In this document: piece after piece, positions 29,450-39,041 of the stretch
How the letters are laid out: each line of letters starts with the position of its first letter
Position numbering within the stretch: position 1 is the stretch's first letter
NCBI GenBank assembly: GCA_036679065.1
Contig: JAZIGN010000004.1
Span: 96,001-160,000 of the forward strand
Source: Coprothermobacterota bacterium
GTDB lineage: Bacteria; Coprothermobacterota; Coprothermobacteria; Coprothermobacterales; Coprothermobacteraceae
Length of the DNA stretch: 64,000 bases
Direction: 5' to 3'
Program-made: the position numbers and the translations under genes
Notes under the pieces: model-generated
Seen by the model: the letters and a program-made list of their open reading frames with translations, nothing else
Databases searched by the model: none
Told to the model about the DNA's origin: nothing

Positions 29450-30874
29450 ATGGAGGTGTCGGAGCATTTAACGTGGGAGAAATTCTGGAACGTAGTTGAA
29501 GGGAAAGAGCAGTTGCAAATTGGTGATGCCACGAAGAATAAGCTCAAACAGAAGCGTGAGAAACTCATAAGCATCTTGGAAAATGGAAAGGTTATCTACG
29601 GAGTCAATACTGGAGTAGGTTCACTTAAAGATGTAGCGCTGAAAGACGATATGCTAGAGGAATTTCAGGCTAATCTCATAAGAAGCCATGCTGAATCGGT
29701 GGGGCCATATGTTCCAAGGCTTGTAACCAAAGGTGCCATGCTTCTTCTGGCGCACAGTTTAGCCCAAGGATTATCCGGTGTCAGTCCTGAGCTTCTGGAA
29801 AGGATAGTATTTGCCATTAACATGGATTATGTACCGAGCGTGGGTTATTTTGGCTCTGTGGGCGCTAGCGGGGATTTGTCGTTCTTGGCGACCCTAATGC
29901 TGGGTATTATTGGGGAGAGACCGGTTTACGATGCCGAAGGAAAAGAGCACGTGCTGGATAAATTTGCTTTGAGAGAAAAAGAGGGCCTTGCTGTAATTAA
30001 CGGCACTCATTTCTCTCTTTCACACTTGATCTATTTAGTTAGAGAGTTAAAACTGCTCGAGGAGATGACTAGGTGGACTTACGCTCTTCATCTGGAAACC
30101 AGAAGAGCCATTGTTTCATTCCTTGACCCACTAGTAAGTCAGGCTAAACCGGATCCCTACTTTGGGCAATTGATCTCTTGGTTGCAGGATGTGCTCAAGG
30201 ATTCAGCGGCTGTTAGAAGGTCTGGGCCCGAGGTACAAGAACCTTATGTGGTAAGGTGCTTCCCACAGCTTTACGCGCCGGTGATGAGAACATTAGACAA
30301 CATTGAGTCATGGCTGGAGCAGGAGATGAACGCTGTTAGCGATAACCCGCTATTTAAAGATGACGAGCCCATTTTCCAAGGTAATTTTCACGCTGAGAGT
30401 ATAGCGGTGATGTCATCAGAGCTTAGGGCCCTCATGCCTTTGATGGGTAACATTCTGTATCAGTTGCAGGAAAAGCTGCTGAATCCCGAGTTCAATCGTG
30501 GGCTGCCTGCGTTTTTGGCTGAAGTGCCTGGGCTTCATTCTGGGCTCATGATTGTACAGTATCTGTCGGCTGATCTGATTTCAGAAATCTCCATGCTGGC
30601 AGCTCCTATTACCATGATGAATCAGACGATGTCCACGGGGCAGGAAGACGTAGTATCCTTCGCTCCAGCTTCTAATCGGCTGCTACAAAGGCAATTAGAG
30701 TTGTTCAGGTACCTACTCGCAAGTTCATTGCTTATCACAGTGAGAGCTTCCAAGATGGCTAATATTAAGGTATCATCTGCCATACAAGAGGCGCTAAAGC
30801 CGTTCTTGGAAACAGATGTGGGAGGTGAACGTTCCTTTTCTGATATCATAGAAGTTTTCGCGGATAGGCTTTAG
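29450..30874 (+). CDS. hutH: Histidine ammonia-lyase (MIO family)
   Basis: YGVNTG.G, LIRSHA (SH, HAL-type), GSVGASGDL, KEGLA.INGT, GNFH, SGLMI.QY, QEDVVS. Confidence 0.88.
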   Translation: MEVSEHLTWEKFWNVVEGKEQLQIGDATKNKLKQKREKLISILENGKVIYGVNTGVGSLKDVALKDDMLEEFQANLIRSHAESVGPYVPRLVTKGAMLLLAHSLAQGLSGVSPELLERIVFAINMDYVPSVGYFGSVGASGDLSFLATLMLGIIGERPVYDAEGKEHVLDKFALREKEGLAVINGTHFSLSHLIYLVRELKLLEEMTRWTYALHLETRRAIVSFLDPLVSQAKPDPYFGQLISWLQDVLKDSAAVRRSGPEVQEPYVVRCFPQLYAPVMRTLDNIESWLEQEMNAVSDNPLFKDDEPIFQGNFHAESIAVMSSELRALMPLMGNILYQLQEKLLNPEFNRGLPAFLAEVPGLHSGLMIVQYLSADLISEISMLAAPITMMNQTMSTGQEDVVSFAPASNRLLQRQLELFRYLLASSLLITVRASKMANIKVSSAIQEALKPFLETDVGGERSFSDIIEVFADRL

Positions 30875-30937
30875 CTAAGTCTTTCAAACTCTTAGGCTTT
30901 CTGGGTTATAATAAAGCAGATATGAGGAGGTATAAAT

Positions 30938-31684
30938 ATGTCTGGACACTCTAAGTGGCATAACATAAAGGCTAAAAAAAGTAAGATGGATGCCCAAAGG
31001 GGCAAGATTTTCACAAAATTAACGAGGGAATTGGTCATAGCTGCTCGTGAAGGTGGTGCCAACCCTGAAACGAACTTGCGGTTGCGCGTTGCCATTGACA
31101 AAGCTAGAGCAGCCAACATGCCTAAAGAGAACATAGATAAAGCCATAGCCAAGGGAGCCGGGAACTTAGAAGGTCAGGAATTCGTAGAAGCTCTTTACGA
31201 AGGTTATGGTCCCGGGGGCGTTGCCATTTTGGTTGAAGTCACCACTGACAACAAGAACCGCACTGCTGCAGATATACGCAGGATATTCAGTCGTCATGGT
31301 GGCACCCTTGCAGAAAGCGGAGCTGTGAGCTGGCAGTTTGAAAGAAAGGGCGTCATCGAGTTGAATAAGGAGCAAGTTCCTTCCATTGATGAGCTCACTT
31401 TAGAACTCATCGACTTTGGCGTTGATGACGTGTTAGAAGAAGATGATTTGGTGACCGTTTACACGCAGCCAGACGCGCTGTCAAAGGTGCTCGACTATCT
31501 AAACGAGGTTGGAATAGAAGTTTCCAGAGCGGAACTAGGTTTTATACCGAAGAACTACGTATCTGTGTCCGAGGAAGATGGAAGAAAAATACTGAGCATG
31601 TTAGAAGAATTGGACGACAATGACGACGTGCAGGAAGTATATACGAATGCCGACTTACCTGAGGTACTCACGGCTGAAGAATAG
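30938..31684 (+). CDS. yebC: YebC/PmpR family protein
   Basis: [33 protein letters not shown]. Confidence 0.97.
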   Translation: MSGHSKWHNIKAKKSKMDAQRGKIFTKLTRELVIAAREGGANPETNLRLRVAIDKARAANMPKENIDKAIAKGAGNLEGQEFVEALYEGYGPGGVAILVEVTTDNKNRTAADIRRIFSRHGGTLAESGAVSWQFERKGVIELNKEQVPSIDELTLELIDFGVDDVLEEDDLVTVYTQPDALSKVLDYLNEVGIEVSRAELGFIPKNYVSVSEEDGRKILSMLEELDDNDDVQEVYTNADLPEVLTAEE

Positions 31685-32163
31685 TGGTCGTATTTGGCGT
31701 TGATCCAGGAAGTACACGTGTGGGCTTAGCCCTACTTGATGATGAAAGTGGAAGCTGGCTCCATGTGCAATGCTTGGAACTAACAGGTCTACCGGAAGAT
31801 GTTAGATACACGACCATAGAGCGCTATGTAGGTGCTCTGTGTGACGTGTTTCAGCCTAAAGAAATGGCTATTGAGAAGCTTATTTGGGGCAAGAACAGAA
31901 ACAACTTGCTCCAAATAAGCGAATGCCGAGGCGTGGTTAAGTTTGTCGCCTATAAGAGAGCCATTAAGGTGTTTGAGTACTTTCCCACAGAAGTTAAATC
32001 ATTCGCTACTGGTTATGGCCATGAGGGAAAAGAAGGTATTGTTCGCACCTTAGGGGCTGAAACGGGCTTGAGTATTCTACCTTTGTTTGATGATACATCA
32101 GACGCCATGGCAGTGGCGTGGGTTCACTCTTTGATGAGGAACAGCCGTGTTATTGAAAGCTAA
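31684..32163 (+). CDS. ruvC: Holliday junction resolvase
   Basis: GVDPG, AIE, P.EVK...TGYG, DDTSDA.AVA. Confidence 0.92.
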   Translation: MVVFGVDPGSTRVGLALLDDESGSWLHVQCLELTGLPEDVRYTTIERYVGALCDVFQPKEMAIEKLIWGKNRNNLLQISECRGVVKFVAYKRAIKVFEYFPTEVKSFATGYGHEGKEGIVRTLGAETGLSILPLFDDTSDAMAVAWVHSLMRNSRVIES

Positions 32164-32695
32164 AGGAACGTTGCAGCAAGAGGGCCAATCGTACTGGTTC
32201 TCATTCAAACCCGATTTTTCCATTGAAGTAGTTAAGTGCACCACTAAAGTTGGTGAAGGTGAATACTTACTTTTTGTCTCATTTGACAACGATCTCCATG
32301 TGTTTTTGTTTTCCAATGAGGAGGAGCTTGGACTTTTCCAGGTGCTTAAGAACGTGAAAGGCGTTGGGAATGTAAAGGCTTCTCGCATACTGTCTTTGTA
32401 TGATGTGCAGGAGCTGCTTGATATGATAAAGGATGGTCATGAGGAGCAGCTTGCCCTTCTACCTGGGATTGGTGAGCGAACCGCGAAGAGAATCGTAGTA
32501 GAACTCAGTGGCCATTTCAAGAATAACGATCATGCCGTGGACGATAGCTTCACGGAGACTGTAAATGCGGCTTGTGATCTGGGCTACGACCGAAAAGTGG
32601 TAACAGAGTTACTAAGAAGAAGCAGTGAATGGCGGAACAAGAATTTAGAAGATGCCCTGAGATGGTTAATAAAGGAACTCAATCAGAAGGCGTAA
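32147..32695 (+). CDS. ruvA: Holliday junction DNA-binding protein (divergent N-terminus)
   Basis: F..L..VKGVG..KA, LPGIG.RTAKRIVVEL, LGY; between ruvC and ruvB. Confidence 0.88.
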   Translation: MLLKAKGTLQQEGQSYWFSFKPDFSIEVVKCTTKVGEGEYLLFVSFDNDLHVFLFSNEEELGLFQVLKNVKGVGNVKASRILSLYDVQELLDMIKDGHEEQLALLPGIGERTAKRIVVELSGHFKNNDHAVDDSFTETVNAACDLGYDRKVVTELLRRSSEWRNKNLEDALRWLIKELNQKA

Positions 32696-33624
32696 TGGAA
32701 CTTAAAGAGTTTGTTGGGCAGAGTGCAGCGGTATCTTCAGTATCTTTTAGTGTGGAAGCTGCAAAGAAATTAGGTAAAATGCCAGATCACATGCTCTTTT
32801 TTGGGCCTCCTGGTTTGGGTAAGACTACTCTGGCCAGACTTGTCGCTCAGGAGGTAGGAGCAAATTTTGTCGAGACTACAGGAAATAGCTTAACTAATGT
32901 GAAAGATGTTTTGAACATACTGCTGTCTTTTTCACGTCCGACTGTTCTCTTCATTGACGAAATCCACCGCATTCCCAAATCGGTGGAAGAGCTCCTTTAT
33001 GCTCCCATGGATGAGCAAATCATCAGAGTCATGGTAGGTAAGAATAAGACAGCCCGCATAATAAAGTTTGACCTTCAGCCTTTTACATTAATCGGTGCAA
33101 CGACAAAAGTATCTTTCTTAAGTAAGCCCTTTCTGAGTCGGTTTTCAATAAAGATTTCTTTTAATTACTATGGCGAAGAGGAAATAGGAATCATAATCAG
33201 AGAAGAGCTCGAAAAACATGGCTTGGAGATATCAACGCAAGCGCTTAAGCAGATCGCTAAAAGGAGTAGAGGAACACCTCGTGAGGCGTTGCAGATTTGT
33301 AGAAGAGTGGTGGAGTATGCAGCTCTTAACCATCTCCATAAGGTAGATGAAGAAGCAATTACTGATTTGTTCAATCTCTTGAGCATCAATGAATATGGTC
33401 TATCCCCCTTAGACAAAGATTACCTTAGGACCCTTGCGGAAACATTTAAAGGGGGTCCTGCTGGCATTAGAGTATTGGCATCTGCTTTGGGATTGGATGT
33501 GGAAACTCTTGAAGGCGTTGTGGAACCATACTTGATGATGCTGGGATTCGTAATGGTTAGCAGTAGGGGAAGGAAACTAACTGATAAAGGATGGAAAGCA
33601 TACGAAGAAGTTGTTCGTTCATAG
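32695..33624 (+). CDS. ruvB: Holliday junction helicase
   Basis: EFVGQ, GPPGLGKTTLA, FIDEIHR, FTLIGATT, SRGTPR, EPYL; TAATG coupling with ruvA. Confidence 0.96.
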   Translation: MELKEFVGQSAAVSSVSFSVEAAKKLGKMPDHMLFFGPPGLGKTTLARLVAQEVGANFVETTGNSLTNVKDVLNILLSFSRPTVLFIDEIHRIPKSVEELLYAPMDEQIIRVMVGKNKTARIIKFDLQPFTLIGATTKVSFLSKPFLSRFSIKISFNYYGEEEIGIIIREELEKHGLEISTQALKQIAKRSRGTPREALQICRRVVEYAALNHLHKVDEEAITDLFNLLSINEYGLSPLDKDYLRTLAETFKGGPAGIRVLASALGLDVETLEGVVEPYLMMLGFVMVSSRGRKLTDKGWKAYEEVVRS

Positions 33625-34144
33625 CTGCTGTGGACCGTGTTTGTATGCATCTTTCTCTCATTTACCAAAAGCCGACTTTCTTTTAGCAAGCTTCTATAAT
33701 CCCAATATTGAGCCACCTAATGAGTGGTTCAGTAGAGCTCAGTCTTTTTTAGATGTGTGTGCGCTCTTGTCCGTAAACGGAGAAGTGGTGCCGCGATTAC
33801 TTAGTAGTGAGCTTCATGAAGCACTCTTCACCAAAAGATGTACTTTCTGCTATGACCTTAGACTAACTGAGGCAGCATATGGTGCAAAACAAAGAGGCTT
33901 TGACACTTTCACCACCACATTACTGAGTTCTCCGAATCAGAACCAGAGTTTACTACGTGAAAAACTGACTGCTATTGAAAGCGAGCTTGCCATGCAGGTG
34001 TATTATTTTGAAGTGCCCCGCGAGGAGTACATGGAGAAGACAAGAGAGCTAAAGAACATGGGCATATATGTTCAAAATTATTGTGGTTGCTACGGTTCGC
34101 TCTTAGAACGAGAAGCAGAAAGGTTCAAGCCACTGTGGAGGTGA
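33611..34144 (+). CDS. queH: Epoxyqueuosine reductase QueH (DUF208)
   Basis: HSCCGPC, FYNPNI.P, CTFCY..RL, FTTTLL.SP, QNYCGC; next to queA-tgt. Confidence 0.92.
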   Translation: MFVHSCCGPCLYASFSHLPKADFLLASFYNPNIEPPNEWFSRAQSFLDVCALLSVNGEVVPRLLSSELHEALFTKRCTFCYDLRLTEAAYGAKQRGFDTFTTTLLSSPNQNQSLLREKLTAIESELAMQVYYFEVPREEYMEKTRELKNMGIYVQNYCGCYGSLLEREAERFKPLWR

Positions 34145-34149
34145 AGTAT

Positions 34150-35172
34150 TTGTCTGCTTTAGAAGAACTGCTGAGTTACGAACTACCTAAACACCTCATC
34201 GCTCAAAAGTTGAGCGACCCAAGGGATGCGTGCAGGCTCCTAGTGGTTCACCGTGACACGGGTGAATTGGAGGACAGGCGGTTCTTTGAAATCAAAGATT
34301 ACTTAACCCCTGGCGACGTTTTGGTACTTAATGATACTAAGGTGCTAAAGGCAAGAATCAAAGGACGCCGGAAAACTGGGGGTGCTGTCGAGGTTTTGCT
34401 CGTTCGTCCTTTGCGAGATAACATATGGGAATGCCTTATTAGGCCACTAAGAAAGATCAAGATCGGTGAAACGCTTCTACTAAATGGAGGAGCGCAAGTC
34501 AAATTGTTGGAACGTACAGAAAGAACAGCCACTGTTGAGTTTCAGATGTCTGCTCAGGAGCTGGATAGCTATTTGGATGATTGGGGAGAGGTTCCTACTC
34601 CTCCTTACATAAGACGTAAGGTGCCGGCTGAAGAATATCAGACAGTATTTGCCTGCAAACCGGGTGCGGTTGCGGCTCCCACAGCCGGTTTACATTTTAC
34701 TGAGAACCTGCTACAAGATCTGAAGAACATGGGAGTAAAAGTTACTTACGTGACATTGCACGTGGCGTTGGGAACATTCGAATCGTTAGCAGCGGATTGG
34801 GAGCAGAGAAGCGAGCTCCATCAAGAAACATTTTTTGTCCCAGCTGGAACAGCCAGCATTGTTAACCAGGCGAAGGAATCCGGACATAGAGTTTTTGCAG
34901 TAGGGACAACAGTGGTAAGGAGTTTAGAATCAGCAGTTTCTGATGATGGAAAACTTAAAGCCGTGTTTGCGGATACATCTCTGTTTATTAAACCTGGTTA
35001 CAGCTGGAAAATCGTCGACAAGCTTGTCACAAACTTTCACCTTCCGCAGACCAGCTTATTACTGCTGGTGTCCGCTTTCGCAACGCCTGAGCTGATTCTA
35101 AAAGCATATAAGCACGCTATTGAGCAAGAGTATAAGTTTTACAGCTTAGGCGACGCCATGCTGATCCTTTGA
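34150..35172 (+). CDS. queA: S-adenosylmethionine:tRNA ribosyltransferase-isomerase
   Basis: LIAQ, NDTKV, PPYI.R, YQTVFA, AAPTAGLHF, TNFHLP, YSLGDAM; TTG at 34150 after GGAGGTG. Confidence 0.96.
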   Translation: MSALEELLSYELPKHLIAQKLSDPRDACRLLVVHRDTGELEDRRFFEIKDYLTPGDVLVLNDTKVLKARIKGRRKTGGAVEVLLVRPLRDNIWECLIRPLRKIKIGETLLLNGGAQVKLLERTERTATVEFQMSAQELDSYLDDWGEVPTPPYIRRKVPAEEYQTVFACKPGAVAAPTAGLHFTENLLQDLKNMGVKVTYVTLHVALGTFESLAADWEQRSELHQETFFVPAGTASIVNQAKESGHRVFAVGTTVVRSLESAVSDDGKLKAVFADTSLFIKPGYSWKIVDKLVTNFHLPQTSLLLLVSAFATPELILKAYKHAIEQEYKFYSLGDAMLIL

Positions 35173-35190
35173 ATGCTTGAGGAGTTTGAC

Positions 35191-36285
35191 ATGTTTGAAA
35201 TACTCAAGGAAACAGATAAAGGCAGAATTGGACGACTTTCTTTGGCTCATGGTACCGTTACAACGCCCGTTTACATGCCTGTAGCTACTAGAGGTGCAAT
35301 AAGAGTTGCGCCTTTGCAGGAACTGGAACGCCTCGGCTACGAGCTTATCTTGAACAATACTTACCACCTGGTTCTTAGGCCCGGGCTCGAGGTCCTAGAG
35401 CAGATTGGCGGTACCCATCGCTTCATGGGTTGGAAAGGAAACGTATTAACTGATAGTGGCGGTTTTCAAATCTATTCACTGAAGCATTCCATGAAGGTTA
35501 GAAGAAGTGGTTTGGAATTTAGGTCTCCCATTGACGGGACTAAGTTCTTTTTCACACCTGAGTTTGTTGCACATGCGCAAAACGTCATAGGTAGCGATAT
35601 CGCCATGCAATTGGATGTTTGCTTAGGTTATCCAGCACCTGACAATGAAGCAAAGAAGGCAATGGATATGACAGTCGAATGGGGAGAGCGTTTCTTATCT
35701 GTGGAGCCGCTGCAGGGTCAAAAACGATTTGGGATAGTTCAAGGTGGCTTTAGCAAGCACTTACGTCGTCAGAGCGCTGTGATGACCGCTTCTCTCCCAT
35801 TCGATGGTTTCGCTATCGGAGGTCTCTCTGTGGGTGAGCCTGAAGAACTCATGTTTGAATTGACTAACGAGGTGTTGGATGCATTGCCAAAAAACGCGCC
35901 AAAGTACATGATGGGAGTTGGTGATCCTTTGCAAATCGTCGAGCTCGCAAGCATGGGTATTGACATGTTCGACTGTGTTCAACCGACAAGGCATGCTAGA
36001 CACGGCTGGGTTTACTCTTGGCGAGATGGTCCCATGGTCATCATTCGCGGTAAGCACAAGTTTGATTTCAGGCCCCTGGAATATCAGCCACAATATACCT
36101 ACAGTTACTTACATCACCTTTTCAAAGCTGGAGAACCACTGGGTCTATTAATTGCAACGGTGGAAAATCTTTCCTACATGGCAGATCTCATGGAGAAACT
36201 AAGAGCGTCCATTGAAACTGGATCTGTCAACAGTCTCAAAGATGAAATACGTTACCAGTGGAGAAAAAGTATAATAGGTGAGTAG
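35191..36285 (+). CDS. tgt: tRNA-guanine transglycosylase
   Basis: TPVYMPV, NTYHL..RPG, TDSGGFQ, QGG, GGLSVGE, DMFDCV.PTR. Confidence 0.96.
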   Translation: MFEILKETDKGRIGRLSLAHGTVTTPVYMPVATRGAIRVAPLQELERLGYELILNNTYHLVLRPGLEVLEQIGGTHRFMGWKGNVLTDSGGFQIYSLKHSMKVRRSGLEFRSPIDGTKFFFTPEFVAHAQNVIGSDIAMQLDVCLGYPAPDNEAKKAMDMTVEWGERFLSVEPLQGQKRFGIVQGGFSKHLRRQSAVMTASLPFDGFAIGGLSVGEPEELMFELTNEVLDALPKNAPKYMMGVGDPLQIVELASMGIDMFDCVQPTRHARHGWVYSWRDGPMVIIRGKHKFDFRPLEYQPQYTYSYLHHLFKAGEPLGLLIATVENLSYMADLMEKLRASIETGSVNSLKDEIRYQWRKSIIGE

Positions 36286-36349
36286 GATTTAAAGAATATT
36301 GTAAGACAACGTAAGGCAAGCACGTTATATTAATGAAGGAGGGCAAAGG

Positions 36350-37627
36350 ATGAGCAAAGAGTGGAAAATTGGTATCGCTGCGGCTCTTGTTGTGTTGAGC
36401 CTGTTGTTCTTGATTTTAGCGTTGCCGGTGAATTTGCCGGGTATCGGCTATGACATGCAGAAGGTAGTACGCGACCAATGGGGTATAAAATTCAGATTTG
36501 GTCTGGACATAAAAGGCGGTGTGCAAATAACGCTGGAAGCAGTGCCTTACGAGAACCAAACCCTTTCTCAAGATGATGTCAGTCAACTAAAAACCGTGTT
36601 GGAAAACAGAATCAATACGCTGGGTTTGGGTGAGATAAAGATCTATGATGACCCGGGCGATTGGAAACGCATAGTTGTAGAGATTCCTGCTGATGTTCTT
36701 AGCGAAAAACAGATGGATGCCCAAGGAGTGGTGGATTTTCTTGGCAAACCTGCAAAGCTAGAGTTTATCGATCCTGAAGGTAACGTGGTAATTACTGGTG
36801 CCGATTTGAAGAGTGCATATGTTACCACTGACCAGGCTGGTCTTCCTGCTGTTGGTCTTGAGTTCACCTCGGAGGGGGCCAAGAAGTTCTACGATGCCAC
36901 TTCAAAGTGGGTCGGGCAAAGAATTGAAATTAGACTAGATGGACAAGTGATTTCCTCACCCACTGTTCAGGAAGCTATTTCGGGTGGAAAAGCTTCCATA
37001 ACGGGCAGCTTTACTATAAGCGAGGCTCGGCAGTTAGCGGCTCTGCTTCAAGGTGGTGCTTTGCCCACACAGATAAAAGTAAGTGCACTCAGGAATGTAG
37101 GGCCCTCAGTGGGATCACAGGCATTACAGGCTATGGAGCTTTCTGGAATTGTGGCAGCCATAGCCATTGTGATCTATATGATATTGAACTACGGCGTGCT
37201 GGGAATGTTTTCTGTTCTTAGTTTGCTCAGTTTTATCATTTTGGATGCGGCGATCTACGTAGGCATGTTCAAAGCGGTTTTATCGCTTTCAGGTATTGGT
37301 GGCTTCATTTTGACTTTGGGCATGGCAATTGACAGCAACATCATTTTCTACGAGAGATTCATGGAAGAGTTGAACAAAGGGAAAACCCCGCGAAGAGCGG
37401 TTCAAGATGCTTTTAGACATGCCTTTGTTACAGTGGTTGATTCAAACGTCTCGGTAATAGTAGTGTCTCTCATTCTTTTTTACCTTGGAGCTCCTACGCT
37501 TAGAGGGTTTGCTATAACGCTGGGTTTGGGTGGAGTATTGAATATTGTTCTGCCTTGGCTCTTGCTAGATCCCATCATGGAATTCTTTGTTTCTTCTAGG
37601 TCTGAGAAAGCGGAGGTGCAAGCATGA
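36350..37627 (+). CDS. secD: Protein translocase subunit SecD
   Basis: GLDIKGG, LENRIN.LG, L..GALP, VGPSVG, GMAIDSNI..YER. Confidence 0.95.
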   Translation: MSKEWKIGIAAALVVLSLLFLILALPVNLPGIGYDMQKVVRDQWGIKFRFGLDIKGGVQITLEAVPYENQTLSQDDVSQLKTVLENRINTLGLGEIKIYDDPGDWKRIVVEIPADVLSEKQMDAQGVVDFLGKPAKLEFIDPEGNVVITGADLKSAYVTTDQAGLPAVGLEFTSEGAKKFYDATSKWVGQRIEIRLDGQVISSPTVQEAISGGKASITGSFTISEARQLAALLQGGALPTQIKVSALRNVGPSVGSQALQAMELSGIVAAIAIVIYMILNYGVLGMFSVLSLLSFIILDAAIYVGMFKAVLSLSGIGGFILTLGMAIDSNIIFYERFMEELNKGKTPRRAVQDAFRHAFVTVVDSNVSVIVVSLILFYLGAPTLRGFAITLGLGGVLNIVLPWLLLDPIMEFFVSSRSEKAEVQA

Positions 37628-38511
37628 AGAACGTCTGGTTTGGTTTTCCTTTGTTTTCCGAGCTCCCTTTTGAAGTGGTTAAGAATAGGAAAAGATTTTA
37701 CACGGTTTCCATTGTTATCATTCTTGTGGGTTTCCTTTTCATGGGTATCAATTACACTAGGTACCATGAGCCGTTGAACCTTGGTGTTGACTTTAGCGGT
37801 GGAGTAGTATTTACTATTACGCTGCCAGAAGACAAGAGTGCTTCTGATTTGACAAAGATAGCTGTCGAAGTAGGTATTCATGATCCCATTGTAAGAAAAT
37901 CAGGTGCTAATGAATACGAACTCAGAGCAAAAATAGATGAAGCTGCTCTTCCGACCATCAGGGAGTCATTGCAGGCTAGCGCTAGTGTTACTGACGAAAA
38001 CTTTGTGGGCCCCTCTGTAGCTGGTTCACTCATAAAGAATGCTATTCTGAGTTTAGCCGTGGCGCTACTGGCACTGCTGGTTTACATTTCTGTCAGGTTC
38101 AGGTTCAAATATGGCTTAGCAGCTGTTTTGGCACTTGTTCACGACGTACTAGTTACTGTGTCCATCTTTGCGATTTTCTTCATACCCATAAACAGCCCGT
38201 TTGTGGCGGTGCTCCTTATCCTGGTTGGATATTCGCTGCAGGACAGCATAGTGGTGTTGGACCGAGTTCGCGAGAACAGGAAACTCAACAGCAAAGCTTC
38301 CGCAGCCGATGTGGTAGAAGCTGCCATACACTCCGTGTTTAGGCGGTCGCTGAATACATCCATCACTACTCTCATAGCTGCTGTATGCTTAATGATATTT
38401 GCATATAGATTTCTTCCTGACTTTACCACTGGCTTGACAGTGGGACTCATAACAGGAACCTATTCAAGCATCTTCATAGCTGCATCTTTATTGGTTGATT
38501 GGGGTGAGTAA
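37624..38511 (+). CDS. secF: Protein translocase subunit SecF
   Basis: [40 protein letters not shown]. Confidence 0.96.
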   Translation: MKNVWFGFPLFSELPFEVVKNRKRFYTVSIVIILVGFLFMGINYTRYHEPLNLGVDFSGGVVFTITLPEDKSASDLTKIAVEVGIHDPIVRKSGANEYELRAKIDEAALPTIRESLQASASVTDENFVGPSVAGSLIKNAILSLAVALLALLVYISVRFRFKYGLAAVLALVHDVLVTVSIFAIFFIPINSPFVAVLLILVGYSLQDSIVVLDRVRENRKLNSKASAADVVEAAIHSVFRRSLNTSITTLIAAVCLMIFAYRFLPDFTTGLTVGLITGTYSSIFIAASLLVDWGE

Positions 38512-38513
38512 CA

Positions 38514-39041
38514 ATGCATGTAGATAATCTAAGAGAGTACATAAGAGACATACCTGATTTTCCCACTGCAGGTGTTATTTTTAGAGACATAACACCTTTA
38601 CTCAAGGACCCAGGTGCTTTTTCCACTACGGTTGATTGGATGGCTGATGCTGTGAGCTCTTTGAGGATTACGGCTGTGGCTGCTGTGGAAGCTCGAGGGT
38701 TTATATGGGGTGGTACTTTGGCTTATCGTTTAGGTGTGGGGTTCATTCCCATCCGGAAACCTGGAAAGTTACCTTTTGAGGTAATAGAAAAAGAGTTTGA
38801 ACTGGAATATGGCAGGGATGTTCTGCAAATACACAAGGATGCCGCAGGGCCTGGAGATTCTGTTCTCGTGGTAGACGATGTGCTAGCAACAGGAGGTACA
38901 GCCGAAGCAGCGGCTGACCTTATAAGAACATTAGGCGCGGACGTGGCTGGTTTTTGTTTTCTTTTGCGTTTAGGAGCCATGGACGGCTATGAACGTCTAA
39001 GCAAACAGGGCAAGAAGGTGGTTTACCTATTGACAGTTTAG
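38514..39041 (+). CDS. apt: Adenine phosphoribosyltransferase
   Basis: [40 protein letters not shown]. Confidence 0.97.
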   Translation: MHVDNLREYIRDIPDFPTAGVIFRDITPLLKDPGAFSTTVDWMADAVSSLRITAVAAVEARGFIWGGTLAYRLGVGFIPIRKPGKLPFEVIEKEFELEYGRDVLQIHKDAAGPGDSVLVVDDVLATGGTAEAAADLIRTLGADVAGFCFLLRLGAMDGYERLSKQGKKVVYLLTV

